In this document: in pieces, positions 8,930 to 18,316 of the stretch | Layout: each line of letters starts with the position of its first letter | How positions within the stretch are numbered: the stretch's first letter is position 1 | DNA from: Saccharicrinis sp. | Lineage (GTDB): Bacteria; Bacteroidota; Bacteroidia; Bacteroidales; Marinilabiliaceae | DNA length: 64,000 bases | Assembly: GCA_024635555.1 (NCBI GenBank) | Contig: JAGXIO010000137.1 | Span: 5,986-69,985 of the forward strand | Direction: 5' to 3' | Notes under the pieces: model-generated | The model's database searches: none | Told to the model about the DNA's origin: nothing | What the model saw: only the letters and a program-made list of their open reading frames with translations | Program-made: the position numbers and the translations under genes

Positions 8930-10132
8930 ATGGAAAAAATAGTATTAGCTTTTAGCGGTGGTTTAGACACATCGTTTTGTGTTAAATATTTAAAGCACGA
9001 AAAAAATCTTGATGTATATTCGGCTATTGCCAACACAGGAGGATTCGGAAATGAGGAATTAGTAACCATTGAAGAAGGTGCATACAAATTGGGCGTAACA
9101 AAACATGTTACCTTAGATGTAACCGATGTTTATTACCGCAATTGCATCCGATATATGATTTTTGGTAACATCTTAAAAAATAATACCTATCCATTATCGG
9201 TAAGTTCCGAGCGAATTTTTCAGGCATACGCCATTGTGGATTATGCGCGTAAAATTGGTGCAAAATATATTGCCCACGGAAGCACAGGAGCTGGTAACGA
9301 CCAAGTGCGTTTTGACCTTACTTTTAAGATTATAGCCCCCGAAATTGAAATAATCACTCCCATCCGCGATTTGACTTTATCGCGTCAGCAGGAAATAGAG
9401 TATCTGATTAAACATGGCGTAGAAAAGGATTGGAAAAAGATGGAATACTCCATCAACAAAGGACTTTGGGGAACCAGTGTTGGAGGCAAAGAAACGCTTA
9501 CCTCCAATAAATCCTTACCCGAAACGGCCTATCCAAGCCAATTGAAGAGTCAGGAGCCAGCAGAATTGACCATTGAGTTTATCAAAGGGGAAATTGCCTC
9601 GGTAAACGGCGAAACCTTTGCCACGCCCGTTGATGCCATCCGAAAAATAGAGGCCATCGGTTCGGCTTATGCCATTGGACGCGATACCCATGTGGGCGAT
9701 ACCATTATTGGTATAAAAGGAAGAGTTGGCTTTGAGGCTGCCGCTCCCATGCTTATTATCAAAGCGCATCATCTGCTCGAAAAGCATACCCTTACCAAAT
9801 GGCAAATGTACTGGAAGGAGCAATTGAGTAACTGGTATGGTATGCTGTTGCACGAAGCCCAATATGTGGAGCCAGTGATGAGGGATATTGAAAAGTTTCT
9901 CGACAACTCCCAGCAGAATGTTACGGGCAAAGTTATCCTTAAACTTTACCCATACCGCTTTGAAACGGTGGGCATTGAATCAGATAACGACCTAATGAAC
10001 TCCGGCTTTGGTGATTATGGTGAGGTAAACAAAGGATGGAGCGGCGATGATGTAAAAGGATTCACGGCCATATTGGGTAACCAACTCAAAATTTTTAACA
10101 GTGTACACAAAGGCCAGTTGGATATCGAATAA
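8930..10132 (+). CDS. argG: Argininosuccinate synthase
   Basis: AFSGGLDTS ATP-PPase motif; 400 aa. Confidence 0.95.
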   Translation: MEKIVLAFSGGLDTSFCVKYLKHEKNLDVYSAIANTGGFGNEELVTIEEGAYKLGVTKHVTLDVTDVYYRNCIRYMIFGNILKNNTYPLSVSSERIFQAYAIVDYARKIGAKYIAHGSTGAGNDQVRFDLTFKIIAPEIEIITPIRDLTLSRQQEIEYLIKHGVEKDWKKMEYSINKGLWGTSVGGKETLTSNKSLPETAYPSQLKSQEPAELTIEFIKGEIASVNGETFATPVDAIRKIEAIGSAYAIGRDTHVGDTIIGIKGRVGFEAAAPMLIIKAHHLLEKHTLTKWQMYWKEQLSNWYGMLLHEAQYVEPVMRDIEKFLDNSQQNVTGKVILKLYPYRFETVGIESDNDLMNSGFGDYGEVNKGWSGDDVKGFTAILGNQLKIFNSVHKGQLDIE

Positions 10133-10199
10133 AGAAAGCTGGTTAAGGTTAGATGTGATGATATACTAACTTTGTAATCCATGTGAATAAAAAATTCAA

Positions 10200-10514
10200 A
10201 TGAAGATGGCGAAAACACATATTGAAAAGTCATTCAGAATTGGAATGGTGATTTTATTATTGATTACTATAGCATTTTTAAGTATCCTTCTTAAAGTTGG
10301 GAAAAACATTCCTCTTGGAGAATTGCTTATTGGATTTCCAATATTGATAGCAGGAATACTCGGTATTATTGGTTTTATACAGGGGATTAAAGGACGAAAA
10401 GAGAATTCATCATTGAAGAAAGTACTTGCCATACTTATTAATTCTGGAGTTGTTATTTTATTGATTATCCTATTGATTGCTAATATTATAGATGTTTTAG
10501 AAGCTTTTAAGTAA
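10200..10514 (+). CDS. Hypothetical small membrane protein (about 3 TM helices)
   Basis: Hydrophobic 104-aa ORF in a visibly A/T-rich insert between argG and argC. An antisense ORF of similar size exists, so coding status is uncertain. Confidence 0.35.
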   Translation: MKMAKTHIEKSFRIGMVILLLITIAFLSILLKVGKNIPLGELLIGFPILIAGILGIIGFIQGIKGRKENSSLKKVLAILINSGVVILLIILLIANIIDVLEAFK

Positions 10515-10608
10515 CCGCAAAAATCACATAAATTATTAGCCATTTAACACTGTATTCGCATTATTTTCTATTATCTAATTATCTAATGTCTCTTATCTAA
10601 ATAAAAAA

Positions 10609-11574
10609 ATGATTAAAGTAGGAATAGTAGGAGGTGCAGGTTATACTGCCGGGGAGTTATTGCGTATTTTACTCACGCATCCCGATGTGGAAATAACTTG
10701 CGTACAGAGTACCAGTAATGCGGGTAATCCAGTAGCTTCAGTGCATACCGATTTGTTGGGCGATACCGATTTAACCTTTTCGGCAGAGTTGAACACAGAG
10801 GTTGTGGATGTGATATTTTTGTGCATGGGACATGGTAAGTCGAAAGAGTTTTTAAACGCCAACGCAATACCTGCACACATCAAGATAATAGACCTCAGTC
10901 ACGATTATAGATTAAATGCAGAAGGAAACGATTTTGTTTATGGTCTTCCTGAGCTTAATTTGGAAGCTATTAAAACAGCCGATAAAATAGCCAACCCAGG
11001 TTGCTTTGCTACCGCTATTCAGCTGGCTTTGTTGCCATTGGCTGCTGCAGGTAAATTAAACGAGGTACATGTAAACGCGGTGACCGGAAGTACCGGTGCC
11101 GGACAACAACCCACATCAACCTCACATTTTAGTTGGCGTAACAACAATGTTTCCATTTATAAAGCTTTCTCGCATCAGCATTTGGGCGAGATAAAGCAAT
11201 CGCTTATGCAGTTGCAACATGGTTTTGACCTGCCGGTAAATTTTATACCTGTACGTGGTAATTTTGCCCGTGGAATTCTGGCCACCGCCTATACCAATTG
11301 CACGTTAAGCGAGGAGGAAGCTGTGCGTTTGTATAAACAGTATTATCAGAATCATCCCTTTGTAACGGTTTCGGATATTAATCCGCACCTGAAACAGGTT
11401 GTAAATACCAACAAAGCTATTTTGTATATCGAAAAGCACGATGATAAACTTTTGATAGTTAGCATGATTGATAATTTGATAAAAGGGGCATCAGGGCAAG
11501 CCGTAGAAAATATGAACCTGATGTTCGGACTTGATCGAAGGTCAGGTCTGAGGCTTAAATCAGTAGCCTTTTAA
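10609..11574 (+). CDS. argC: N-acyl-gamma-glutamyl-phosphate reductase
   Basis: VGIVGGAGYTAGELLR Rossmann fold and the NPGCFAT active-site Cys. Confidence 0.95.
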   Translation: MIKVGIVGGAGYTAGELLRILLTHPDVEITCVQSTSNAGNPVASVHTDLLGDTDLTFSAELNTEVVDVIFLCMGHGKSKEFLNANAIPAHIKIIDLSHDYRLNAEGNDFVYGLPELNLEAIKTADKIANPGCFATAIQLALLPLAAAGKLNEVHVNAVTGSTGAGQQPTSTSHFSWRNNNVSIYKAFSHQHLGEIKQSLMQLQHGFDLPVNFIPVRGNFARGILATAYTNCTLSEEEAVRLYKQYYQNHPFVTVSDINPHLKQVVNTNKAILYIEKHDDKLLIVSMIDNLIKGASGQAVENMNLMFGLDRRSGLRLKSVAF

Positions 11575-11627
11575 TTTGGACGTCTAATAATCTATTATCT
11601 CTTAGTCTTTTGTCTAATTTTGAAAAT

Positions 11628-12749
11628 ATGAAACTATTTGATGTATATCCTCTTTTTAACATTGAGCCCATAAAGGCGCAAGGTTGTTACGTATGGGATA
11701 AAGACGGGAATAAATACCTCGATTTGTACGGAGGTCATGCTGTAATAAGCATTGGGCACACGCATTCTCATTATGTAGAGCGCATTACCCAGCAGTTGAA
11801 TGAAATTGGTTTCTATTCCAACTCGGTTCAAAACCAAATGCAAAAAGATTTAGCGCAAAAATTGGGCGAATTATCTGGATTGGATGATTACGACCTTTTT
11901 CTGTGTAATTCAGGTGCCGAAGCCAACGAGAACGCGCTAAAGCTGGCATCTTTTGCCACCGGCAAAAAGAAAGTGATAGCCTTTAAAAAGGGGTTTCACG
12001 GTCGTACCTCGGCAGCAGTGGCCATTACCGATAATGCCAAAATAATTGCTCCCATCAACAGTAATCACGAAGTGGTAATCATTGAGCTTAACGACTTGGA
12101 AGCAGTTGAAAACGAACTGAAGAAAAAGGATGTGTGTGCTGTAATCATTGAAGGAATTCAGGGTATTGGTGGTATCATCGTGCCTGATGCATCGTTTTTA
12201 GAAGGGCTCCGGATGCTTTGTGATAAGTATCAGGCAGTATTTATTTTGGATGAAATTCAGTCTGGTTATGGTCGTTCAGGGAAGTTTTTTGCCTTTCAGC
12301 ACAGCAAGGTAAAGCCTCATTTGGTAACAATGGCCAAAGGGATGGGTAACGGCTTCCCGATTGGTGGAGTGCTCATTTCCAATGAGTTTGAGCCTTGGTT
12401 TGGTATGTTGGGTACTACCTTTGGAGGCAACTACTTGGCATGTGCTGCGGCATTGGCCGTTTTAGAGGTGATGGAACAAGAGCATTTAATCGAAAATGCC
12501 GCAAAGGTGGGTAATCACATCATAAATAAAGCAAGGCAGATACTTCCCAGCTGCCAAGTACGTGGCTTGGGATTGATGATTGGCTTGGATTTTGGTATGG
12601 ATATATCAGGTTTAAGAAAAAAACTTCTGTACGAAGATAAAATCTTTACCGGTGTATCAGGTTCCAATATCATTCGAATTTTGCCCCCGCTCACCCTCAG
12701 AATAGATCAAGGTGATTTTTTTCTGGATAAATTAGCGGAATCAATATGA
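11628..12749 (+). CDS. argD: Acyl-ornithine aminotransferase (class III PLP aminotransferase)
   Basis: Class III aminotransferase motifs (LDEIQSGYGRSGKFF, TMAKGMGNG with the PLP lysine). The ATG at 11628 is preferred over the TTG at 11610. Confidence 0.9.
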   Translation: MKLFDVYPLFNIEPIKAQGCYVWDKDGNKYLDLYGGHAVISIGHTHSHYVERITQQLNEIGFYSNSVQNQMQKDLAQKLGELSGLDDYDLFLCNSGAEANENALKLASFATGKKKVIAFKKGFHGRTSAAVAITDNAKIIAPINSNHEVVIIELNDLEAVENELKKKDVCAVIIEGIQGIGGIIVPDASFLEGLRMLCDKYQAVFILDEIQSGYGRSGKFFAFQHSKVKPHLVTMAKGMGNGFPIGGVLISNEFEPWFGMLGTTFGGNYLACAAALAVLEVMEQEHLIENAAKVGNHIINKARQILPSCQVRGLGLMIGLDFGMDISGLRKKLLYEDKIFTGVSGSNIIRILPPLTLRIDQGDFFLDKLAESI

Positions 12750-12793
12750 ATGTAGGCCTGATACAATTGTAACACACAATTAAAAAAAAGGCC

Positions 12794-13381
12794 ATGATTA
12801 ATTTTTTTTGGAACGAGGAATGGAGAGATATTAATTTTGAAGAAGGAGCACTTAAAAAGAAGTATGCCATCTCCAATTATGGGAGAATAATTAGTTATAC
12901 CGATGCTATTGCGCAAGGGCAAATAATTAAAGGAGGTGCACTGAGGGGTTATCCTACTTTCCCGGTTCGTCCTTTTGGTAAGTCAAAAACTTTTTATGTG
13001 CATAAACTGGTAGCGGAGTATTTTAAACCAAAGCAAAGCAAAGATGCCGATTTTGTTATTCATTTAGATTACAATAAAAATAACAACTACGTTGAGAATT
13101 TAAAATGGAGCACCAAAGACGAGGTGTTTAAACATCAACAAGGAAACCCTATAGTTTTAGAAGCTAGGGAAAAACAAAAAGGACGTAAAATGCTGCAAGG
13201 CCATAAGCTGTCATCAACTGAGGTTATGCGCATAAAACATAAAATATTTGACCCTAAACGCAAATCACGGTTGAAAATCATTGCCAGGCAATTTGGCATC
13301 AGCGAAATGCAGTTGTATCGTATTAAATCGGGCGAAAACTGGGGGCATGTTAAAGTAAGTATAAACGGTGTAGAGTATTGA
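12794..13381 (+). CDS. Free-standing NUMOD4 + HNH (HNH_3-type) homing-endonuclease-like protein with a C-terminal HTH
   Basis: EEWRDI...YAISNYGRIISY (NUMOD4-like). VHKLVAEYF...IHLDYNKNNNYVENLKW (HNH_3-like). ARQFGISEMQLYRIKSGENW (HTH). Confidence 0.75.
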   Translation: MINFFWNEEWRDINFEEGALKKKYAISNYGRIISYTDAIAQGQIIKGGALRGYPTFPVRPFGKSKTFYVHKLVAEYFKPKQSKDADFVIHLDYNKNNNYVENLKWSTKDEVFKHQQGNPIVLEAREKQKGRKMLQGHKLSSTEVMRIKHKIFDPKRKSRLKIIARQFGISEMQLYRIKSGENWGHVKVSINGVEY

Positions 13382-13445
13382 TGCATCGAATGGCGTTTAA
13401 TTCGTTGTTCTGTAGCAGCTCTGGAATAATGAATTAAGTGAGATT

Positions 13446-14246
13446 ATGAAAGATAAAAAAATTGCCATCGTTGGTGGCGGAAACTTGGGACAAGCCATAG
13501 CAAAAGGCATTTTAAACTCTAAGATTATTGCCGCATCAAACCTTACCGTTACACGTCGGAGGGTACAACTTCTTCAACATATTAAAGAATTGGGCATTAA
13601 CATCACTTCCGATAATAAGCACGCAACTGCTGATGCCGATATTCTTTTTATCGCCGTAAAACCTTATCAATTAAAACAAATAGTTGAAGAGATAAATCCT
13701 GTTGTTAAAGCAGGAACTATCATTATTTCGTTGGCCACGGGGGTCGATTCGCCCACCATACAAAGCTATTTTGGAAAAACATTGCCCATATTTAGGGCGA
13801 TGCCTAACACGGCTATTGCCATCGGCGAATCCATGACCTGTATTTCGGCTTATCAGGCCAATGAGGAAGAGGAAAAAAATGTACTGCTACTCTTTGAACA
13901 ACTTGGTCAAGCACTTATAATTCCCGAAGAGCTCATGTCTTCGGCCACGGTACTGGCTGCTTGCGGTATTGCCTATGCACTCCGGTTTATCCGTGCAGCT
14001 ACACAAGGTGGGGTAGAAATAGGTTTCGGCTCCGATTTGGCCTTAAAAATTGCGGCGCAAACCGTGAAGGGGGCCGCTGAATTATTGATAAAATCCGGCA
14101 CGCACCCCGAAGAAGAAATCGATAAGGTAACCACCCCGCGCGGTATAACCATTTCGGGCCTTAACGAGATGGAACATCAAGGTTTCAGCTCCGCATTGAT
14201 AAAGGGATTACTTACTTCGTATAACAAAATTGAAAATGGAAAGTAG
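13446..14246 (+). CDS. proC: Pyrroline-5-carboxylate reductase
   Basis: IAIVGGGNLGQAI Rossmann fold; C-terminal VTTPRGITISGL motif. Confidence 0.95.
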   Translation: MKDKKIAIVGGGNLGQAIAKGILNSKIIAASNLTVTRRRVQLLQHIKELGINITSDNKHATADADILFIAVKPYQLKQIVEEINPVVKAGTIIISLATGVDSPTIQSYFGKTLPIFRAMPNTAIAIGESMTCISAYQANEEEEKNVLLLFEQLGQALIIPEELMSSATVLAACGIAYALRFIRAATQGGVEIGFGSDLALKIAAQTVKGAAELLIKSGTHPEEEIDKVTTPRGITISGLNEMEHQGFSSALIKGLLTSYNKIENGK

Positions 14247-14296
14247 GAATAGCTAATAGCTAATAGCTTGTAGCCAATAGCCATCCGCCAATAATC
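14247..14296. repeat. Short tandem low-complexity array (AGCTAAT / AGCCAAT units) starting at the proC stop codon
   Basis: TAGCTAATAGCTAATAGCTTGTAGCCAATAGCCATCCGCC. As a reverse complement it shares GCTATTGGCT and GCGGATGGCT with the array at 39575-39650. Confidence 0.8.
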
Positions 14297-14353
14297 AATT
14301 TATCCTTTAATCTAAAAGTCTCTTATCTCTAAGTCTAAAAGTCTAAAAAAACG

Positions 14354-15436
14354 GTGTTTAAATCCATTATCATAAAAATTGGTTCCAACGTCCTTACACA
14401 AAAGGATGGAACCCTGCATTTACAAAGAGTTTCGCATTTGGTAGATCAAATTGCAGAACTGCATACCAAAAATAAGAAAATCATTCTGGTATCCTCTGGT
14501 GCGGTTGCTGCCGGAAGATCCATGGTTCGTTTAAGCAAAAAAACGGATACGGTTTCGTCGCGGCAGGTTCTTTCTTCCGTGGGGCAAGTTAAATTGATAG
14601 ACACCTATTCCAACCTTTTTCAGAACCATGGTCTTTTATGCGGACAAGTATTGGTAACGAAGCAAGATTTTAGATCGCGTGAGCATTATTTAAATATGAA
14701 AAACTGTCTTACCGCCTTGTGGGATAACGGAATTATACCTGTAATTAACGAAAACGATGCCGTATCGGTTACTGCTTTGATGTTTACCGATAATGACGAG
14801 TTGGCGGGACTGCTGGCTACCATGATGAGCAGTGATGCTTTGTTTATTTTGAGCAATGTAAACGGTATTTACAATGGCAATCCCAAGGTTGAGGGTACGG
14901 AGGTAATCAGGAATATAGGCAGTTCCAATACCGATTTGTTCAAATACATTTCTGCCACTAAATCTGATTTTGGACGAGGAGGCATGTTAACCAAATGCCG
15001 TATTGCCCAAAAAACCGCCGCATCCGGAATCTCGGTGCATATTGCCAATGGAACACAGAACAATATTTTGCTTGATTTAAACCGCAATCCGAATGAGGTA
15101 GAACATACCCGTTTTATTCCCGGTGAAAAAAATCCCGCGGTTAAAAAATGGATGGCTTATTCCGAATCTTTCGCCCATGCCGAGGTGCATATCAACAAAG
15201 GTGCTTTTGATGCCTTGCATTCGACTAAAGCTACCAGCTTGCTTTTAGCGGGTGTAGTAAAAATGAATGGGGACTTTAAAAAAGGAGATTTGTTAAAAAT
15301 CATATCCGAAGGCGAAAAAATTATTGGTATTGGAAAGGCTAAATACGACCGTTCAAAAGCCGATGAGCATTTAAACGATAAAAAATATCAACCCCTCATA
15401 CATTATGATTATTTGTATTTATTTCCCGATATTTAG
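14354..15436 (+). CDS. proB: Glutamate 5-kinase (with C-terminal PUA domain)
   Basis: IIKIGSNVLT...VSSGAVAAG amino-acid kinase fold plus a PUA-like C-terminus. GTG start. Confidence 0.9.
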   Translation: MFKSIIIKIGSNVLTQKDGTLHLQRVSHLVDQIAELHTKNKKIILVSSGAVAAGRSMVRLSKKTDTVSSRQVLSSVGQVKLIDTYSNLFQNHGLLCGQVLVTKQDFRSREHYLNMKNCLTALWDNGIIPVINENDAVSVTALMFTDNDELAGLLATMMSSDALFILSNVNGIYNGNPKVEGTEVIRNIGSSNTDLFKYISATKSDFGRGGMLTKCRIAQKTAASGISVHIANGTQNNILLDLNRNPNEVEHTRFIPGEKNPAVKKWMAYSESFAHAEVHINKGAFDALHSTKATSLLLAGVVKMNGDFKKGDLLKIISEGEKIIGIGKAKYDRSKADEHLNDKKYQPLIHYDYLYLFPDI

Positions 15437-15675
15437 GCTCTTATAGGATAACTAACGCCACAAGTTAACGGTGTTTTTTATCAATATTTTCATTTATGAG
15501 CAGATGTTTTATGCTGGTTCGACCGGCCTCGTGTAAAATATTATTTGGCTCAAAGCGATACCTTAGCAAGAAAGGAAGAGCCCTGCGGCTAGAGCAGAGG
15601 AAAGATGTTTAATATGAGGTAAGGAGATTGAATTAGTAGATTTATTAACCATTTGAATATAAAATACATTACAAT

Positions 15676-16926
15676 ATGCAATGTTTACATCAATTCGAAA
15701 AAGTGAAGGAAGCAGCGCGCGGTTTGTCAAAAATTAAGAAATCCGATATTGCGGCGCTCTTAAACAGACTGGCAGATAGGGCTGAGGAAAATGTTCCACA
15801 GCTTTTGGCCGCCAACCAAAAGGACTTGGATGCAATGGATAAAGACGATCCAAAATACGACCGCCTCAAGCTAACTAGCGACCGCATTCAAGGTATTGCA
15901 TCCGATATTCGAAATGTAGCTCGCTTGCCTTTTCCAATAGGCGAAATTTTAGAGGAGAAAGTATTGGATAACGGGATGACCTTGCAGAAAATCCGGGTGC
16001 CACTCGGTGTTGTTGGTGTGATTTACGAAGCACGACCAAATGTTACTTTCGATGTGTTTGCACTTTGCATGCAGAGTGGTAATGCGTGTGTGCTAAAAGG
16101 TGGGAGCGATGCACAATATTCCAATAAAGCCATTGCCGATTTGATACATCAGACATTAAAAGAGGAAGGTTTGAGCTCGGAGCTTTTACAGTTGTTACCT
16201 CCCGACCGTTCCGCAGCTACCGAATTAATGAATGCGGTGGGTTATGTAGATATATTAATTCCCCGCGGATCGCAAAACCTTATCGATAGCGTGCGTCGCA
16301 ATGCCAATATTCCCGTTATTGAAACTGGTGCAGGCATTGTTCATACTTATGTAGATGTTTCGGCAGATGTAAAAAAGGCAGCTGCGATAGTAGTGAACGC
16401 AAAAACCAGGAGATGCAGCGTTTGTAACGCACTGGATTGTTTGGTGCTACATGCAAGTCAACTCCCCAACCTTCCTCAAATAGTGGAAGGTATGAAGAAG
16501 TTTGAGGTGGAGATTTTTGCAGATGAAAGAGCTTTTGCCAGCCTGCACGGAAATTATCCCGATGAGCTGTTGCAAAAAGTAAACGAAGATTCGTACGGAA
16601 CAGAATTCTTGTCGCTGAAGATGAGTATCAAAACAGTGGACAATTTGGATGAGGCACTCAACCATATTTATACCTACAGCTCAAAACACAGCGAGGCCAT
16701 CATTGCAGAAGATACTGAGGTGATTGCCCGTTTTTTGAATGAGGTGGATGCTGCTGCGGTTTATTCTAATGCCTCTACCGCATTTACCGATGGTGCACAA
16801 TTTGGACTGGGAGCCGAAATAGGGATCAGCACACAAAAACTCCATGCCCGCGGTCCCATGGCATTGCGCGAATTAACGAGCTATAAATGGCTTGTACGCG
16901 GCAACGGAAATATACGTCCGGCTTAG
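15676..16926 (+). CDS. proA: Glutamate-5-semialdehyde dehydrogenase (gamma-glutamyl phosphate reductase)
   Basis: Aldehyde dehydrogenase fold with the catalytic Cys in [15 protein letters not shown]; 416 aa. Confidence 0.95.
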   Translation: MQCLHQFEKVKEAARGLSKIKKSDIAALLNRLADRAEENVPQLLAANQKDLDAMDKDDPKYDRLKLTSDRIQGIASDIRNVARLPFPIGEILEEKVLDNGMTLQKIRVPLGVVGVIYEARPNVTFDVFALCMQSGNACVLKGGSDAQYSNKAIADLIHQTLKEEGLSSELLQLLPPDRSAATELMNAVGYVDILIPRGSQNLIDSVRRNANIPVIETGAGIVHTYVDVSADVKKAAAIVVNAKTRRCSVCNALDCLVLHASQLPNLPQIVEGMKKFEVEIFADERAFASLHGNYPDELLQKVNEDSYGTEFLSLKMSIKTVDNLDEALNHIYTYSSKHSEAIIAEDTEVIARFLNEVDAAAVYSNASTAFTDGAQFGLGAEIGISTQKLHARGPMALRELTSYKWLVRGNGNIRPA

Positions 16927-16931
16927 GGCTG

Positions 16932-16983
16932 GGAACGGTTCTTTATTTACATCATGTCAATAAAGAACCGTTCCTTGTTTTTT
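16932..16983 (+). terminator. Strong rho-independent terminator after proA, splitting the arg/pro supercluster
   Basis: 16-bp perfect arms GGAACGGTTCTTTATT / AATAAAGAACCGTTCC followed by TTGTTTTTTT. Confidence 0.85.
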
Positions 16984-17044
16984 GCAAATCTATTTTATCT
17001 TGATACTCATTACTTGACACTCACTACTTGATACTAAAATTAGA

Positions 17045-17992
17045 ATGAAACGATATTTAAAAGTTGACGACATAGGGGATTTAAAACAAGCTCTAAAAGA
17101 AGCGTTTGAAATAAAAAAAAATCCCTATGCATTTCAGGAATTAGGAAAAAATAAGACCATCATATTGGTGTTTTTTAACTCTAGCTTACGAACCCGTTTG
17201 AGCACCCAAAAAGCTGCCATGAACATGGGCATGAACGTGATGGTACTAGATATAAACAAAGACGGCTGGAAGCTGGAAAGCGAAATGGGCGTAGTGATGG
17301 ATGGCGACAAGCCAGAACATATCAAAGAGGCTGTTCCGGTGATAGGCCAGTATTGCGATATCATTGGCGTGCGATCCTTTGCTACCTTCGAAAGCAAGGA
17401 GGACGACTACAACGAAAAAGTAATTAATCAGTTTATTCAGTATTCGGGCGTTCCTGTTATCAGTCTGGAATCGGCTACTCGCCACCCCTTGCAAGCTTTT
17501 GCCGACCTGATAACCATCGAAGAGCATAAACAAAAGGAACGTCCAAAGGTCGTACTTACCTGGGCACCACATCCTCGGGCATTGCCCCAGGCTGTAGCCA
17601 ACTCCTTTGCCGAATGGATGAAAAAAGCCGATGTGGAATTTGTAATAACACATCCGCGAGGTTATGAACTGGCCGATGAATTTTCTCAGGGTGCCAATAT
17701 TGAATACGATCAGCGTAAAGCTTTTAAGGATGCCGATTTTATCTACGCCAAAAACTGGTCCTCGTTCAAGGACTATGGCCAGGTAATTAGCCAAGACAGG
17801 GATTGGACTGTTGATGAGGAAAAAATGGCTTTGACCAACAATGCCAAATTTATGCACTGTTTGCCGGTTCGTCGTAACATGATCGTTACCGACGGTGTTA
17901 TCGAAAGCAAAAACTCCATCGTTGTTCCGCAGGCCGCAAACCGTGTAGTGTCGGCACAAACAGTGATTAAAAGGATGTTGGAGAGTTTGTAA
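17045..17992 (+). CDS. argF: N-succinyl-L-ornithine carbamoyltransferase (Bacteroides-type ArgF')
   Basis: SLRTRLS and HCLPVRRN transcarbamylase motifs. The sequence is close to my recollection of the B. fragilis ArgF' sequence. Residue 90 is Pro (DGDKPEH). Confidence 0.85.
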   Translation: MKRYLKVDDIGDLKQALKEAFEIKKNPYAFQELGKNKTIILVFFNSSLRTRLSTQKAAMNMGMNVMVLDINKDGWKLESEMGVVMDGDKPEHIKEAVPVIGQYCDIIGVRSFATFESKEDDYNEKVINQFIQYSGVPVISLESATRHPLQAFADLITIEEHKQKERPKVVLTWAPHPRALPQAVANSFAEWMKKADVEFVITHPRGYELADEFSQGANIEYDQRKAFKDADFIYAKNWSSFKDYGQVISQDRDWTVDEEKMALTNNAKFMHCLPVRRNMIVTDGVIESKNSIVVPQAANRVVSAQTVIKRMLESL

Positions 17993-18061
17993 TATTAAGT
18001 TAATTCGATTTAAACCACAAAGGCACTAAGGCTACGTAGGAACACAAAGAAAATTTACTTT

Positions 18062-18128
18062 GTATTGTAAATCAAGCCCCAACGGGGCGTATTGTAAAAG
18101 CCTAGGGTAAGCGCAGCGCAACCCTAGG
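18062..18128. repeat. Two copies of a GTATTGTAAA box, each followed by a GC-rich hairpin
   Basis: GTATTGTAAA at 18062-18071 is followed by GCCCCAACGGGGC (18076-18088). GTATTGTAAA at 18089-18098 is followed by CCTAGGGT-N12-ACCCTAGG (18101-18128). Confidence 0.7.
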
Positions 18129-18316
18129 TATAAAGTATTATCAAATCGTCGCATCACAATGATTAAACAATGGATATTCAAATTTTGCGACGAAATAAAT
18201 ATCGAAACGAATTATTTAGATTCTTGAAAAACATTACATAATTGTGGAAACTTTAGTTTTTCGAGAAGGTAGTTTTATTCCTAATTTAGATTGCTAAGTG
18301 CCTAATTAAAAACATC

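Noticed and set aside
15437-15675. tRNA-like GGTTCGA segment, and a 38-codon ORF, in the proB-proA spacer
   Set aside because: No acceptor, D-arm or anticodon-arm geometry can be built around the GGTTCGACC segment. The short ORF has no signal or conserved features. The function of the 239-bp spacer is left open.
17246-17959. 237-aa ORF antisense to argF'
   Set aside because: It is fully embedded opposite a high-confidence conserved enzyme gene. Its sequence is low-complexity with no recognisable motif. It is most likely a shadow ORF.
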